DNA of 64,000 nt, taken from assembly GCF_009914755.1 (NCBI RefSeq), contig NC_060942.1; one strand, written 5' to 3'. Source of the DNA: the human T2T-CHM13v2.0 reference genome, Homo sapiens. The notes under the pieces were generated by a model. That model was not told where the DNA came from, ran no database searches, and saw only the letters and a program-made list of their open reading frames with translations. A program made the position numbers and the translations under genes. Shown piece by piece: positions 13,831 to 31,079 of this stretch; positions within the stretch are counted from its first letter, which is position 1, and every line of letters starts with the position of its first letter.

Positions 13831-16800
13831 GAACACACACACACATATATATATACACACACGCACACACACTCACATATAGGATAGTGAAGGTACTTAA
13901 TAAATAATCATTAAATAAATAAATGTGTATTGACATAAAAAACACTAACAAGAGATATATGCTATGTTTCCAGTGGTTAAAACAGAAACAGCCTATATAC
14001 GGTTTTAAAAAAGCCTCTATTTGCACAGGAAAAAGTCTCCTGAAATAAATATATTAAAATATTAATATGATTTTTTCATCTTGTGGGGGGAAAATTTTAC
14101 TACAGTCTCTATATTAATATAATAAATAACAATTAGCAAATTTATATGCTTATGATTACTTACATGATAAAGTGAAAATATAAGAGAAAAATGTTCGAAA
14201 AAGTTGACATCAGTAGAAATTGTGCAAGCAGCACTTTCAAGATGGCGTAGAATGGTTAGCAAACAGCTCTCCTTTGTGTTTCAGCATTTAAAAATAAAGC
14301 AAGAAGTTTTATTTTTTTCCTGATTTGATTAAGTGGAGAGAATAAAAGAAGGGCAGCTAGCATATGGAGCCACAGAACTTCTGGCCAATAAAGAGTGTAG
14401 AACAACAACAACCAAAAATATAAACTCTTTACTTGTCTAATTGTTTAATTAAGGAGAGTAGTTTGCAGGTAGATGATGGAGAGTAGGTTCTGAAAGTCAG
14501 ATGGATGAGGATAAAAACCTCCAAAAGAGCATTTGAGTGTAAACTGGCCTTATCTCCAGCAGGACATTCAAAGTAAATCTACCCACTCAGAGCCCTCAGA
14601 AGAAGGCTATCTTTGGGACTCTGTTCATATTATCCCACAACCAGATGTGATTCTTATTCTACTTCCATCTCTACCTGACTCTAGTGACACTTTTTGTATG
14701 CATGACTTCTGCTGATATGTTTCTTTGAGGGTTGCATGTTTGATATACTTTTGAGTACCCCCTCCAAACCAATACACTGCTTAAGCCATGATATACACTA
14801 AATAATTGTTTGTTGCATAAATAAATTCAAAGTATGCAATTTAGGCCAGAATTGACTGACTGTGCATGATCAGTTGAGTGTTTATTAGTAGTAATACAAA
14901 TGCTACATCATATATCAACATCCATTTCTCAAAAAGTATATTCTTAGTTTGGAAGTGCTAATAAAAACAGTATTTGTTAAACATTTGCCAGATCTTCTTG
15001 AGGAGAAACTAACTGCATTGCTTTTACAGCCCTGATCTCTACAGTTCTTAGAACAATGACCATAGCATTCTGAGTCCTTCAAGATTTTCAGGTCAATGAA
15101 GGATTTAGACATAGGCAGTGAGTGTGTGGATTTTTTCTGAGAAATTTCTTTGGATACTTAGATGGAAAGAATTTGTTGCGTCCTTAAGTTAGGTCTCCCA
15201 TGCTCAGCAACTAGGAAGTAAATAGAACTTGCAAAGTTAAAATCCCATTACATGGAATTCTGTAGTTAAATAGGCATGGCAGTATGAGAGAAAAAATGTT
15301 AAATAAGTATGACCATGCTTATTTGAGGTTTTGACTATTACTGACACGTGTAATGGTTCTTAATAATAATAGGTCTCTTCTGAAAAAAACTTCAGAAAAA
15401 AAGAAAAACAGGAAAAATAAAAATCTTTATTAGAAACAATTCATAGTCATCTAAATCTCATAGACTATTATATATATTGGGATAAGTTAGAATAGAATAT
15501 AAAAATGCTGTATAGTAATCCATAAGCTAAAACCTTAACAAAATGAAAATGAAGAAATATAAAATAACTCAAGTTTCATAATCTCTACAATGGACTTTCT
15601 TAGCATTTTTGGGTTGATGGTCTAATATATCCTTTTCCTGAATGTTATGATCAATGTATTCATGATAAATGTTTTCAGTGAAGATTTTGATCTTTAAGTT
15701 ATAAAATGTTTGTTAGGAAACCATTAGCGCTACCCATTAGATCTACGAGGTTGGAGGAAGAGGGCTTGACTGGGTGTACACAGCTTTCTTCTCATGGCTC
15801 TGTTTGGGGAAGAAGAGATGTCCTGCTCCCCATTGGCACCAGACTCTTCTCATTACATCCTGGGCAGTGCACACAGGAGAAAGAGAAGCCCAAAGCTGGT
15901 ACAGGTGCAAAGGTGGTGAAATCATTGATGCTATGCTGTGAGAACTCTACCATCAATCAACTAGCACCAGTGGGAAGCTCATCAGAGGAAAAAACCTTTT
16001 CTTGTTCATAAGTCGGGACACATGTCCTCTAACGAAACTGTCAGTGTGTAGCTATTGCCGTTACAGCCATTTTCCTTTTCCTACTATGTAGAAAAAGCCC
16101 AGAGGGAAAGAAAATATCCCAGAGAAGGCAAGACCCTACAGGGCTGTGAATCGCCTCTCCAAGGTCTGGTGGGAGAATGCTGTCAGTCACATTGCTTCCC
16201 AGAGATTAAGTCTATGGTCACTTTGATAATGGCTTGCTCAATTTAAAAACTGTTACTTGAGAGAAAAACACAGCTAGAACATAGTACACCCAACCTCAAC
16301 TGGCTTTTCTACTATCTCAGGATCAAAATGTACCCTGTTTTCACTCTGCTAATCAAGTATTTGTATGAATATGCACTGTATTCATAAACCCAGTCTACTA
16401 CTTACCAGATATATTGATGGAGGGTTTGCCTGTCCTTCTCATTTACCGAAGGGCAGAATGTCCCATTTATTTCTCTTGAGCTAAAAGCTCCATTTACCCT
16501 TATAAGACAAGAAATTAGCTCAAGCTTCAGCTGGTGATTCCTAGCTAAGTTTTTGAATACAAAATAAAATAATGCCATAATGGAGCTCTTCCTCTAGTTC
16601 TCAAGTTTTTGCTTTTTTTTTTTCAAAGCCTAATTCAAGAGAGCCAAAATGCTACATTTCTATGAATCAATCTTTGAACAGTTTAATTTCCTGCTTCCTT
16701 GGAAAAGTAAGTTTGTAAAATAAGTTATCTGGTAGATCTCAAAGACTAAAATATCATCATTACTTTGCTTTATTAATGACAGGTTCTTGACAACGTGTCC

Positions 16801-17017
16801 CTGGACTATGGTGCTGGGGCTAAGAGTCATCCAAACACCCCCAAAACTGTATGGAAAGTGTTTGGTCTGTGCATATTTGTGCTTCTTTTAGGAAAATTAT
16901 TAGAATAGGCTGCATTGCCTTCATTATAGTCTCAAGATATCCTCAATACCAAAAAAGGTTAAGAAGAACTGATTTGTCAGACATTGTAGAAGTAATATTA
17001 GAATATACTCTTTGAAG

Positions 17018-17371
<354 letters not shown>

Positions 17372-17667
17372 TCAAACTATTCCCTCCTGATGTCACTTTT
17401 TAAACCAGGATACAGGAATTAATTCAAAGGAAACTAAAATGGATTGATAATTATTTTTAAAGTGTGATATTTAGCCTTTGTAGTGTTGAATATGGGATAT
17501 TCTCTTTGGCAAACTCCATGAATGAAAATACCCCAGTAAGACAGGCTACATTTAGTTTTACCTTCAAGGGTGCTTTCCTATGGAAATAGATGTTTTTTAA
17601 TAGTAGCCAACTTCTGAGCATATAATGGGCAACTCATATGAGTTGTCAGTAGTTTTCTTTAAGTTGA

Positions 17668-18307
<640 letters not shown>

Positions 18308-18761
18308 AAGGAATTTAATTTTAACATAATCCTTAAACTTGTGTCTGTGTTCATTTTGTATTAGATAAACTGTTGGTAACAATTACCTTGGCTATCCTTT
18401 TAGCTAAACAATTTAAAGATTAAGATATATAAAAATAATATGATAAAATTGGAGGATATTTGGTAGGTGGGTTCATCTCATTTTCAAAATGTATTTTAAA
18501 CATTAAATTGCAATTTTTTTTTCTAATACAAATTTCAAGCAGTTATTCACCAAATTTTGTTAAGCACACACTACATACCAGGCACTTGTCTAGATGATGA
18601 GGACATAGCAGTGAACAAAAAAGACAAAGTTCCTGTTGTTATGGAGTTTATATTCTAGGGGAAGAAATACGATAAATGAATAAGCACATGAAGTTCAACA
18701 CCAGATACACAAGATTTGCATGAAGAAAAATAAAATAGGATAAGCACACAAAAGCTATTTA

Positions 18762-19450
18762 GCAAGTGTAGATGAGAAAGTGGAGGAATTGGAACGTTTG
18801 TACACAGTAGGAATGAAAAATGGTGCAGCCTCTATGGAAAGCGATATGGAGGTTCCTTAAAAAATTAGAAATAGAATTACCTACTTCTGGGCATTTATCT
18901 AAAAGAATCAAAAGTAGGATCTCAAACAATATTTATATCCCATGTTCATTACAGCATTATTAACAATAGCCAAGATGCAGAAACAATCTAAATATCCATC
19001 AGTGAATGAATGGATAAAGAAAATGTGGTATATATTGGTATATATAGTGGTATTTATAAATATGGAATATTTTTCAGCCTTAATAAAGCAGGATATCCTG
19101 ACATATGTGACAACATAGATGAACCTGGAGGACATTATGCTAAGTGAAATAACCCAGTGATCGAAGGGCAAATACTGCACAAATACCACTTATGTGAGGT
19201 ACATAAAATAGTCAAACACATAGAACCAGGAAGTAGAATAGTGGTTTCCAGGAGCTGGGGGAAGGGGAAAATGGGAAGCTGCTATTCAACAGGTATAAAG
19301 TTTCAGTTATACAAAATGACCAAGTTCCAGAAATCTATTGCAAAACATTGTGCCTATAAGTTAGCATTACTGTACTTTACACCTAAAATTTTGTTAAGAG
19401 GGTAAATCTCATGTTGTGTTCTTACTGCAATTGAAAAGCCACAAACAAAC
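18762..19450 (+). mobile_element. L1MA/L1MB 3' end
   Basis: L1 ORF2 C-terminal and 3'UTR motifs (GAATGGATAAAGAAAATGTGG, GGACATTATGCTAAGTGAAATAA). Confidence 0.85.
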
Positions 19451-19896
19451 CAAAACAAAAGATAATTCCTCCTTGGTTTTTGCTCTAGAACCAGGAAACT
19501 TCAGTAAGTTGAAGTCATATGAACAAAAGTATGTGGACAGCCCTATTAGTAGCTTTTATAATGTTTTAAAGAGTATTAATTCTTCCTTTTTTCTAAGAAA
19601 AATTTTCGTAAACACATGTAAGAACAAGTGTGATTAATAGTTTTGTACTGTCCTTTATATTTTATATTTCATATTTTATTTACATTAGAAGTCACAAATT
19701 ATTTCTCACTAAGGCTAAAACCTCTACGAGCTATGCCAGTTGTGACCACTTTTTCTGAGGTTCTCTCAACTGTTGGTAAATCTCCTTCGCTAGGTCAGAT
19801 ACTTCTTCCTCTTCTTGGAGTTATCTCTTGGGTCTCTCTTTTCCCTCCTCATCATCTTGCATCTGTCAGCCATACCAATGGTAGGACTACAGATTT

Positions 19897-19977
19897 GGCG
19901 GAGCTTGCAGTGAGCTGAGATCATGCCACTGCACTCCAGCCTGGGCGACAGAGCGAGACTCCATCTCCAAAAAAAAA
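19897..19977 (+). mobile_element. Short AluY-type 3' fragment
   Basis: GGCGGAGCTTGCAGTGAGC...GAGACTCCATCTC plus A-tail; no TSD seen. Confidence 0.9.
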
Positions 19978-20875
19978 GAAATGCTTTGCAAGAAAGCATC
20001 GGTGATTTCTTCACTTCATCTTCCTTAGTTACTATGGCAACAGTCAGAAGAAAAATAACCCCAAAACTCATCAAACATGGTCATCGGAACTCTTCCTCAG
20101 CTGCCCATCTTCCCATAGGCATTAAATGAATCTTGTGCCCTGGTAGCAGACCTTTATTACTGACTCTCAGCAAGTGATTACTCTGCAAAATAAAATGAAA
20201 AAAAAAAAAAGACAAAGAATGAAATTGATTAGTTACAACATATTTCTAGGCTTCAGCATTTTCCATGGAAAAAATAAAAAAATGTATGATAGTGTTCTAA
20301 TGCCTTGAAGTCAACAACTTCCAAATTTGGGTGAAATGAGTCATTTTGTGAAATTATTTAATACAAATTACTTAAAATTTGGACATTTATAAAAATCAAC
20401 TTTTAAATATATGAGCTGGGAGGAGGCTATGGTTTAGAAACGATTGTAAAGTATGTGGCTGTTTGTATGTTATTTTTTCCTACCTTCTCTTAGGTATTTC
20501 CATGCTGTTTTGTGGTAATAGTGAGGAAAACCAGGTGTTAACTGTCAGGCTATTCCAAGTCATTTTGCCTTTTTGATTTAAATAAAACAATTTAACTATC
20601 ACCCTACAAAAAGCAGAAACCTGAGTCTCTTCCAAAAGTCGTGGGGGCTCTGGAAGTGATACTTTTCCTCACTGCCTCCAGCCATGTCTTCCCTTTGCCT
20701 GAGGTCTTGTCTATTGCAGGTATTTTCCCCTTAGTGCCGTCCACCGTTGACCGACATCCAGATTCTTTCATCATCCAAATGACCACACGCATGCTGAGAG
20801 TCTGTAATGGATTTTAATAAAATTTAGGGCTTAGGTGGGTGATGTATTACACAGCATTATGCAACAAGTGAGTTA

Positions 20876-21384
<509 letters not shown>

Positions 21385-23131
21385 AGTAACATAACTTGCC
21401 TACTAAAGTCACTTGGCCATTTTCCCTGAACATCTCACCGTGTAGAGCCCTGGCTCCTGGCCATCTTGCTGGGCCCCTCCTTCTTTTCTCTGCAGGTCCT
21501 TGAATTCCCTGTGTCTCTCTCTTAAGCTGTTGGAGAACCTCCAAATTCCTCTTAATGTAGTGTATTGTACAAATTTATTTCTCTTTATTTCGTTTTTCCC
21601 CTTGCAGATTATCATTTTTACATTTCCTTTTCAAATCTAAAACTACCGTTAATAGTTTTGCTTAAATAAAGAGCCACTTATCCTAGAGAGAAATAACGTT
21701 GCTTACATAGGAAGTACAATTCCTCTAGTCAGTTTTGGCCCTGAATAACAGTTTAATTTTCTTTCACAGAGAATTTAGGGTAGAAATGTGTATTTGTACA
21801 AGATACTAATTTTATGTGGATTATGCTGCACATTTCAATAATTGTAACTAATTGATTGGTTTTAGTGATACATTATCTTCTCAGTTTTAAAGGTGAGAAA
21901 GATGAGGGGCATGGATATTGTCACTTATTTAAAATCACAAAGCCAGCAAGTGAACAGAAGCAGAATTTGGTCCCAGGCCTTTGAATTTCTATGCCAGGAT
22001 TCTTTACATTATACCAGTTGACACCAGTATACATTAATATGAAGGCTGCATATAGAAACCCCAACATAATACTTGAAAATTGTCCTCTCACAGTAGTGTC
22101 TGAGGTGCTGGCTTAAACTAAGGAAATGGAAAATGTTATAGAAAGGTCAGAGAAGAGCCACTGACTATTAAACAATGGGAAATTGGACTTTGTGGAGAAG
22201 ACTAGAAAATGTGATCAGATTAATAGTCTGCCACGCTATGATTATGCCATGACAGTGTCTTTAAGGCAGGTTTTATGAAAGGACATGTTTGTGTTCTGTG
22301 ACATTGACTTCAAAAGGTTATGGTTGTAGCTGAAAAAATTTCTAACTTCCCTTAGTTGATTTGTGGAATCGTGTGAATTCAACTAAACTCTTCAAAGACC
22401 TACTTTTTGTTCTTGTTTTTTTTAATCGACAATGTTTGGATTTCATAAATATACTCTATAAAGTAATATTTTTGTATATTAAAAACACCCTTTAAAAACT
22501 TCCTGATGGGATAAATGTATCCTGTCATCGTGGCATACTAAATAATGAAGTACAAACTTAACACATAAGTCAAAATTTACACACTACAGTCAGGCAAAAA
22601 ATAGTTACTATCTACCTATAACTGATCTCATCTTGTTCAGGAGTCTCCATTTATACTGAAGCTGGACTGAGGCTGTCCAGCAGTGGAATTAAACATGCCA
22701 ATTAAAGAACAATAACCCAGTTCTTTTTCCACTTAAGACAATTTCTTTCAGATTAATTCAGTATTATTTGAGTAAATAGACAATTCAGGGCTTAATTCTC
22801 TGCCAGGTAAGTTTCTTCCCTCTCTTGCAGGCCTCTCTCTTCCCTCTTCCTTGTTAAGAAGGGATCAGGTGCTGGAAGATCCCAGATATCCCCCTGGCGT
22901 TCATGGCAATAGTGCTTAACTCCAGTGGAGCTCTCTTATCCTGCTGTCTCTGTATAGAGGCCTCTGACCTCACTGCTGTGTCTTGTGCTCTGTTCTCAGG
23001 GCATGGGCAATACATGGTGATCGCTCCAGGGTTTTAAACCAGGCTCCCTCCTCTGTTCTCAGCTGGGACTCCCAGGTGATTTCTTCTGATTTTCCTTCAC
23101 TACATTACCCAGCTAGTGGCTCACTTTACCC

Positions 23132-23552
23132 TGTTGGGAGACAATTTCCCATGGCTATCTGACATTTCTGCATGTTTTGTGAGCAATGAATGGATAGCTC
23201 TTTGTTTTGGACTGTCATTTCGAGGATCTCAACAGTCTCAGGAGGTAGAGATACTGTCTTCTTTGGAGCACAGAGCAGGGATGTTTACTGCCCGTATGAA
23301 AGAGCTGGGTTCCTTAACCCGCGTGCAGCCGTCATTCAGTCTTCTTTCTGTTTCCCTGTGGGACTGGGGCTTGCAGAAGGAGCATGAGAGGTACTGATAG
23401 CCAGACCATGGTGGTTACTCTGACTCATCAACCTGACCTTCATCTCTGTCCCAGGGGTCTGATGATTTCTTCCAGGATCTATGAAACAGTGGCAGTCTAA
23501 CTTATTAGCTGGCAAGTAGGGTAAAGTTGCAGACTCTTCTCAGTTTTCGGCA
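23132..23552 (+). mobile_element. ERVL solo LTR (LTR40-like)
   Basis: TGTTGGGAGACAATT start, CA end; 5-bp TSD TACCC/CACCC. Confidence 0.75.
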
Positions 23553-24754
23553 CACCCCTCAAGAACATAGCCAGCACCTTCACCTTTCTCCTGAGTTTCA
23601 CATGGTTCGAGGGACACTTGGGAAATTCACAGTCCCTTCTGCACCGTTCACAGGCCGTGAAGAACTGGAGAGTGCAGTCTCAAGGTCCTTCCCTGCCTAA
23701 AGATGCTACACCTCCCTTTCCACGCTACCATGAGTGACTCCCCTGTGCTGGCGCCCCATGACAGGGCCTCCTGAGACAGAGCCAATGGGAAGTAAGGCTT
23801 CTGGCTCACTCACTAATCTTGATTCTTGATCTATAAAAAGAAGTTCTGTTGTTTATAAACCCTCTTTTTCCTTTCCACAAAGTCTCCTTTTCAAGGTTGT
23901 AGCATGACTTTGTGTCTCAAGGTACCAAGTTGTAAGTCAAAAGCTGTAACTGACTCATTTTATGTGTATTCTTGCTCAAAAGATCCTAATTCTCCTTTCA
24001 GCCATGTGTGACCTTGGCTAGATAGAGGACAAATAATTTTGATATGATTCCAAATATTATTCCTGTAGCACCTAGACATATTTGCAAATATGGATAATGA
24101 ATAGACACATACAGGCTTCTTTAACTTGCCTTGGAACATGAGAGTAAATAACAAAAAATCAATTCAAAAGTATGCATTTGCAAACCTTTCAGGCTATAAT
24201 TACTTTAGTCCATTCTGTTGATTTATATTAGTCAATGGAGTCGGGAATCTATTGATTCAACAGTATTTAATATAAATGCTGCTAATCTTTTTCTTCATTT
24301 GAAACCAGATATGAAAACGAAACAAAGCAGTCCTGGAGTAGAATTGTTTTTATTTCCCTGGAAAAGAAAATTCTCAGGGATGAGCTATTATATTTTTTCA
24401 AATACAGTTCAGCTTTAAGAGAAAACAGGTTTAAACTGTCACATAACCGCAGCACATGTACTGTGGGTTTGCAAAGCCACTTGAAGTCAGGGGCCGTTCC
24501 TCATGGTGTTCTCAGAGGCTTCTTGAGATGTATGCTCAAGGGGGTGCTGAGGAAGTAAAGAAACGTTTTTTCACAGTTTCGGCATGGAAGCCAGCTAAAA
24601 TGAGCTTGCAGAGTTTTTTACCTGGAATATCAACATCTGTATCTATGCCTATCTCTGTATTTGTCTATATTATTCACTCAACTGATGCTTTAATGATTTT
24701 AAAACTTACTTTAAGCTGGAAAATGATTGTACTTGAGAAGTTGATAGATTAGAT

Positions 24755-25072
24755 TTATTTTATTATTATTTTTAAAATGTATATAAACTCAACGGGTACA
24801 AGTGCAGGTTTGTTACATGGATATGTTGTGTAATGGTGAAGTTTGGGTGTTTAGTGTAGCTATCACACAAATTGTGTGTATTGTACCCATTAAGTAATTT
24901 ACCATCCCTCAACCCACTTTCGCTGTCCCACCTTCTGAGTCTCCAATGACTATTTCAGCCCATATCCATGTGTACACATTATTAGCTTCCACCTATACAT
25001 GAGTACATAAGGTATTTGACTTTGTTTCTCAGTTGTTTCACTGAAGATAATGACCTGCAGTTCCATCAATCA
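24755..25072 (-). mobile_element. Old L1 (L1PB/L1MA) 3' end
   Basis: GGGTACAAGTGCAGGTTTGTTACATGGATAT reverse L1 3'UTR. Confidence 0.8.
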
Positions 25073-25707
25073 TTTTAAAATAATAAAGTCTACCCTTCTA
25101 AAGGCACTGTAATGTTATCTTAATAATGATCTTAAGTAACTCTCTTAAATTAATAATAACAATTTTCTTAAAATAGGATTTTCAGTAATGTTAAATAAAT
25201 GCTTGAAATGAGGGAGTTAAGCTAATCTCATAGTTTGCCTCCAGCTCTGACGAGCTGTGAATCCACAGTGCTGCAAAATACAGATAATATTTCAGAACCT
25301 CTTTATTGGGTGACATTGTTCTAAGTGTCATTCATAATTAATTTCATTTAAAATTTGGTGCCCACAGTTTCAGAATTTTGCCCAAATGTTTGGATTAAAA
25401 ACAAAGTACCTTTGCAATTTTTTATTATATCAGTACTATTAAATTCATTTTGAAATAGCATATGAATCTAAAATATAGAAGGTTCAAAATATCTATGATT
25501 TACCTAGTGTACCTTTTAACTCAAGGATAGGACTATTGATTCATCTGTCACTCATATTGGGCTGGCACTAAGCTAAGGGGCAACATTGAGACATTTTGGC
25601 CTCTTTTTTCTAAATTGTTCACCTCACTTTTTGGCTTCTCTCTGTCTTTCCATTTCCTTTTCTCTGAAGGTAGGGATGGATATTTTCTGTTTTTTCAGGA
25701 TTTTCCA

Positions 25708-26110
25708 TTGTCTGCTTGGGCTTCCATAATAACATAACACAGACTGGGTGGCTTAAACAACAGACATTTATTTGGCCACATTTTGGGAGGCTATACATCC
25801 GAGATCAAGGTGCTGCAGGGTTAGTGAGGTCTCCATTTCTGTGTTGTTGATAGCCACCTTCTTGCTGTGTCTGCACATGGCCTTTCCCCTGAACTCACGT
25901 ACTCAGGGCTGGTGTCGGGGCTGAGAATGGGTGAGCTCTGATGTCTTTCCTCTTCTTGTAAGGACACTAGTCCTATTGGATTAGGGCCCCACTGTTATGA
26001 CCTCATTTAACTGTAATTACCTTCCTAAAAGCTCTGTCTTCAAATACAGTCACATTGAAGATTAGGGTTTCAATATGTGAATTTTGGTAAGACACATTTA
26101 GTCCCTAACA
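25708..26110 (-). mobile_element. MaLR LTR (MLT1)
   Basis: GACTGGGTGGCTTAAACAACAGACATTTATT...CAATATGTGAATTTTGG motifs. Confidence 0.85.
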
Positions 26111-26467
26111 GCTGTCATCAGGCTCTTCTCATGCTGTGAAGTTTTTTCTCATCCTCTGCCTTTAGCTCTCCTCAAAGTGTATCTGTCTTCACTCTCAGTA
26201 TTCTTTCTTTGCTCATCAAATGAAATAGTTTTTAGTGACTACTAATGAGCCCAGACATTAACTAGAGTGCAAGATGATATATTTGTATTTTAAAAGAAAA
26301 GTTCCACAAAAACTACCTTACTGCAAGTTACAGAAGATAAAGATACACAGTTGCTACAGGTGACAATTTTAGCCACACATAAGTAGAAAACATAAAGGCT
26401 TTTAGCATTGCACCCTTAGGTCATTCTGTTAGAACTCTGCTTTGCCTGTGGATAGAGACAACTGTAG

Positions 26468-27397
<930 letters not shown>

Positions 27398-28850
27398 AAA
27401 AAGGGAAATTACAAACAAAATATCTCCAGTTAATCGGCCCTAATAAAAAATGAACAGCACTTTGGTTATTCTAATGTACTATCAAATACCAGTAAAAAAT
27501 GCTACAAGATAGGTGAATTGGAGGATTAAACAAACATTCAAAACCATGTAAGGAAAGACTTTTCTTGACCTAGTGACCTTGGAGAATGGATCTTGAAAAG
27601 CTACTTCCATCAAAATAAGGATTGTTGTCACGAACATATCCACTTCAGTGGAGGACTTTAAGGAATTTCCTGGCACCCAGCATCCCAGGATGCTTTGAAC
27701 TTTTGTTCTTCTAGCTGCTGATTTGCAGAGACCTTGTTTGAAATAATGTTTCTGGTTTCCTTGATACAACGATAATCCTACTAATTCTCTATAGTTAGGC
27801 TTTGTTAAAAAATAATATGAACTGGCTTTCAGCTCTGCCTGTGGATTTACTCCTAATGGAAGAGCTTTATATTAAGCTTATAATTTTGAACCCGCCAAAT
27901 TTTTCAAAAGGGCTATTTTTTGTCTTAGTATCCAGAAACACACTCACAATTGAGGAATCTTGCTTTTCAAAAACAACTTATCTGGTGAGTAACAATACCT
28001 GTGACTTCAGAAAAGGCAATATATCTCTCACAACACTAATAACACGATGTTTGGAAGAAAAGCATTATGGCTGCTATTTACATGTGGAGAGATCTATTTG
28101 TGCACCCCATCTTTCTGTTCATTATAAGCACATTACAGTCTCCCATTCACCTTAATTATTGTTTCAGAACCCAATAGTTGTTGAAATTTGTGTGTCTCAT
28201 GAGCTAGATGGAAATAGATAATTCTTGAACAAATGGAAGATTTCAATGCAACAGATTTGGCCTCTGACATTCAGAGGCCTTGATAATTTGGTTAAAGTCA
28301 CTGGGTAGATTTTAGGCAGACAATATTTGCCCAGTGGCTCAGAGAGCTGGATTGTGTTGGGGCTAAAGGAAAGCAAGAGAAGTCTTTATGTGATCTTAGA
28401 GCATGCTTAGGGGATTCTGTTTTACTGATCATCAGTAGGACATCATCCTAGTTGACAAAGAAATCATCACAAGAATATATTTGGATTAAGTGCGGATCTT
28501 GAACATCAAATAAGGTCAGGCTAACAGCTTTTATGAGAACTTTTTCTTTGTTTGCTGACTCTGAGATCATAGGTCAGTATGAGTAATACTCACCAATTTT
28601 TTAAGTACCCATAGATAGTGCCTTGCTAATTTTGTAGGTTGTAAGAATAAAGAAGATGTTTAGGAAGGAAAAGCAATCTTCCTAAGTATCCTTGGAAGTT
28701 GCAGACTTCTATTATTACTCTAAAAGAGTTTAATTGTGTGGAAAGTTGAAAGAGAATGTTTGTTGTATGCATTGTTTTCCTGGATGTTACCTGCCAAATG
28801 GAGGCACAGACTCTGATAATGTCCATTAACTTGATTTCTTTCTATGTTCA

Positions 28851-28998
<148 letters not shown>

Positions 28999-29494
28999 TA
29001 ATTCTGGCCTAATGGTCTGATTTGCTGCTATCTCTGAGAACATTATTATAGAAATTTATACTGTTGATTGTTGAAAGACGCTACATCTAAAATTTAAAAA
29101 CCAAAGAATCTGGCTTCAAACCTGAAGTTAAGGCACAGGGAGGAGTCTGTTTGTATATTCTAATCTGTTCTTCTGACACGCTTTGTTCTTTTTCTGTGGA
29201 AGCTCAACAACAGATATGTGCAGAGCTTATTAGTTTGTTGTGTTTCAGCTCAAATCTTTCCTGGAATCATTAATCTTAAACTTGACCATGATAGATACTT
29301 CAGGCTGTATGCTTCAACTGCCTTTGTCAAAATAGGCATTTGCATTATAATAGGAAAGTATATGAAATTGCCCTGTTTGTTAGACATTTTGCACCGTCTG
29401 ATTTTTTTTTCCAGAAGTAGCACTGTGGCTTCTGTTCAGAGCAGGTATGTTTACTCTATTTATGTTTAAATAGCATTGCTTAGGCCTTGAGTAT

Positions 29495-29977
29495 GTTGGG
29501 TTAGCAGGTAGAATGCTCCACTGCAAGTAACAGAATAGCTGACTGAAATAGAATTAAATGATATGGCTTGATTCTTTTTTCATGTAACAAAAAGTCCAGA
29601 AGTTAGTGTGTTCCAGTTTGTTTTAGGCATTCAATAATAATACACAAGACCCAATTTCCTTCCATCTGTAAGCTCTGTCATCCTCAATATGTCAGTGATG
29701 TCATGTCTATATCTACGGACTCAAGATAGTTGTAAAAGATTGTAGGATCATGTCCTCATAACACTCTTTTGAAGTCAGGAGAAAGGGCAGGGTTAAAAGC
29801 GATGCAGTGGAAAATTTCAGCAAAGAGTGCTCCTCATGTTGGTTTCTTTTTATTCCTAGTTGAATAAAAGCAAGCAAAACAACTATCAGCCATTTTAGCC
29901 TGTCTCTAGAATCTGGCCCTTCCTATACGGAGGAAGGGTGGCGGGCATAGCTGTGGGATAGTGAGCCAGTGCTGCCT
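29495..29977. mobile_element. Very old MaLR/ERVL LTR relic
   Basis: CTGCAAGTAACAGAA...TAACAAAAAGTCCAGAAG...CTCAAGATAGTTG motifs typical of old MLT1 LTRs. Confidence 0.5.
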
Positions 29978-30289
29978 TGCTCTCGGGCAGTTGCCCCACT
30001 ATCTCTGGTGCTATCCTTCCTCTTCTTGGTGTTTCCCATAAGGAGACCCAGGCCACAAATCCCCGCCTACCATCTGGAGGAGAAAAGGACATGTCCCAGA
30101 AAAACTTTCGGCCCACTTTCCATAGATAAAGCAAGACCATATATGAAACTCATTCTCTCTGCTATGTTCAGTAATCTTAGAGAAGAAACTTAGGTTTTTG
30201 TGTCTTCTAAAATGCTATAAGATTTGTCATTGTTTACTAATAGCTACCTTCTTCTTGAAAGCCAGTTGAGGAGAGTTTTGGGGCAACAT

Positions 30290-31040
30290 TTTCTGTTGGT
30301 TTTCTTCTGATTTCTTTTGTTATTTCTTCCAGCTTTTTCCTCCTATATGTCTGGGGTTCACTGGGTTCCTGACATACATCTCTTTGCATGCTACTCCTCT
30401 TCATTGTGCAATCTTATGTGCTCCTTTGGCAGCAAGTATAGCCTAAATGAGTTGATGACTTCCAAGCCTGGATCTCCAGCTTGCATTTCTTTATTGCGCT
30501 CCAGTTCCATACACCCAGTTATTACTGCATAAACATTTTTATTGGCTGTCTCGTTGGTATTTTGAACTCAGATATTACAGACTGAATTAAACTTTTTTCC
30601 TCTTTGCACTGACCCCTCCCCTGGCTTGCTTCACTTCCTTCATTTCTGTATCACTGAATGGCCCCTCAGATATACCCGGTGGTCCAAGTCCTCTTTCTCT
30701 TCTCTTGAATCCAACCTCCCCCAAAATCCTGTTGACTGTGCCTCCTAGATATTTTTGTAATCAGTCTCCTTTTGTCCACTTCTACTGACACTGCCTGAGT
30801 TCAGTCGCTTCTCTTGTTTTACCTTGATTATTCATTGCAGACCCTCATAACAGCTGTCAGCATCCCTCCTTTCTGACCCACAGCTTTCCTTTCTGTAACC
30901 CCAAATCAGGCTGATTGTACTTGAGACTCACATCTGAATAAAAGATTTCCCTGTTTAAAATCTTTAGATAGCTTCACATAACCTTCAGGATAAAAATCCA
31001 GACTCATAACATGTCAACATGAGATCTTCAGTGGACTTTA
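30290..31040 (+). mobile_element. L2 fragment
   Basis: Pyrimidine-rich L2 ORF2/3' motifs (CAGGATAAAAATCCAGACTC). Confidence 0.6.
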
Positions 31041-31079
31041 ACATTTTTTGGTTCACAGACATCTTTTTTTTATTGAAGT

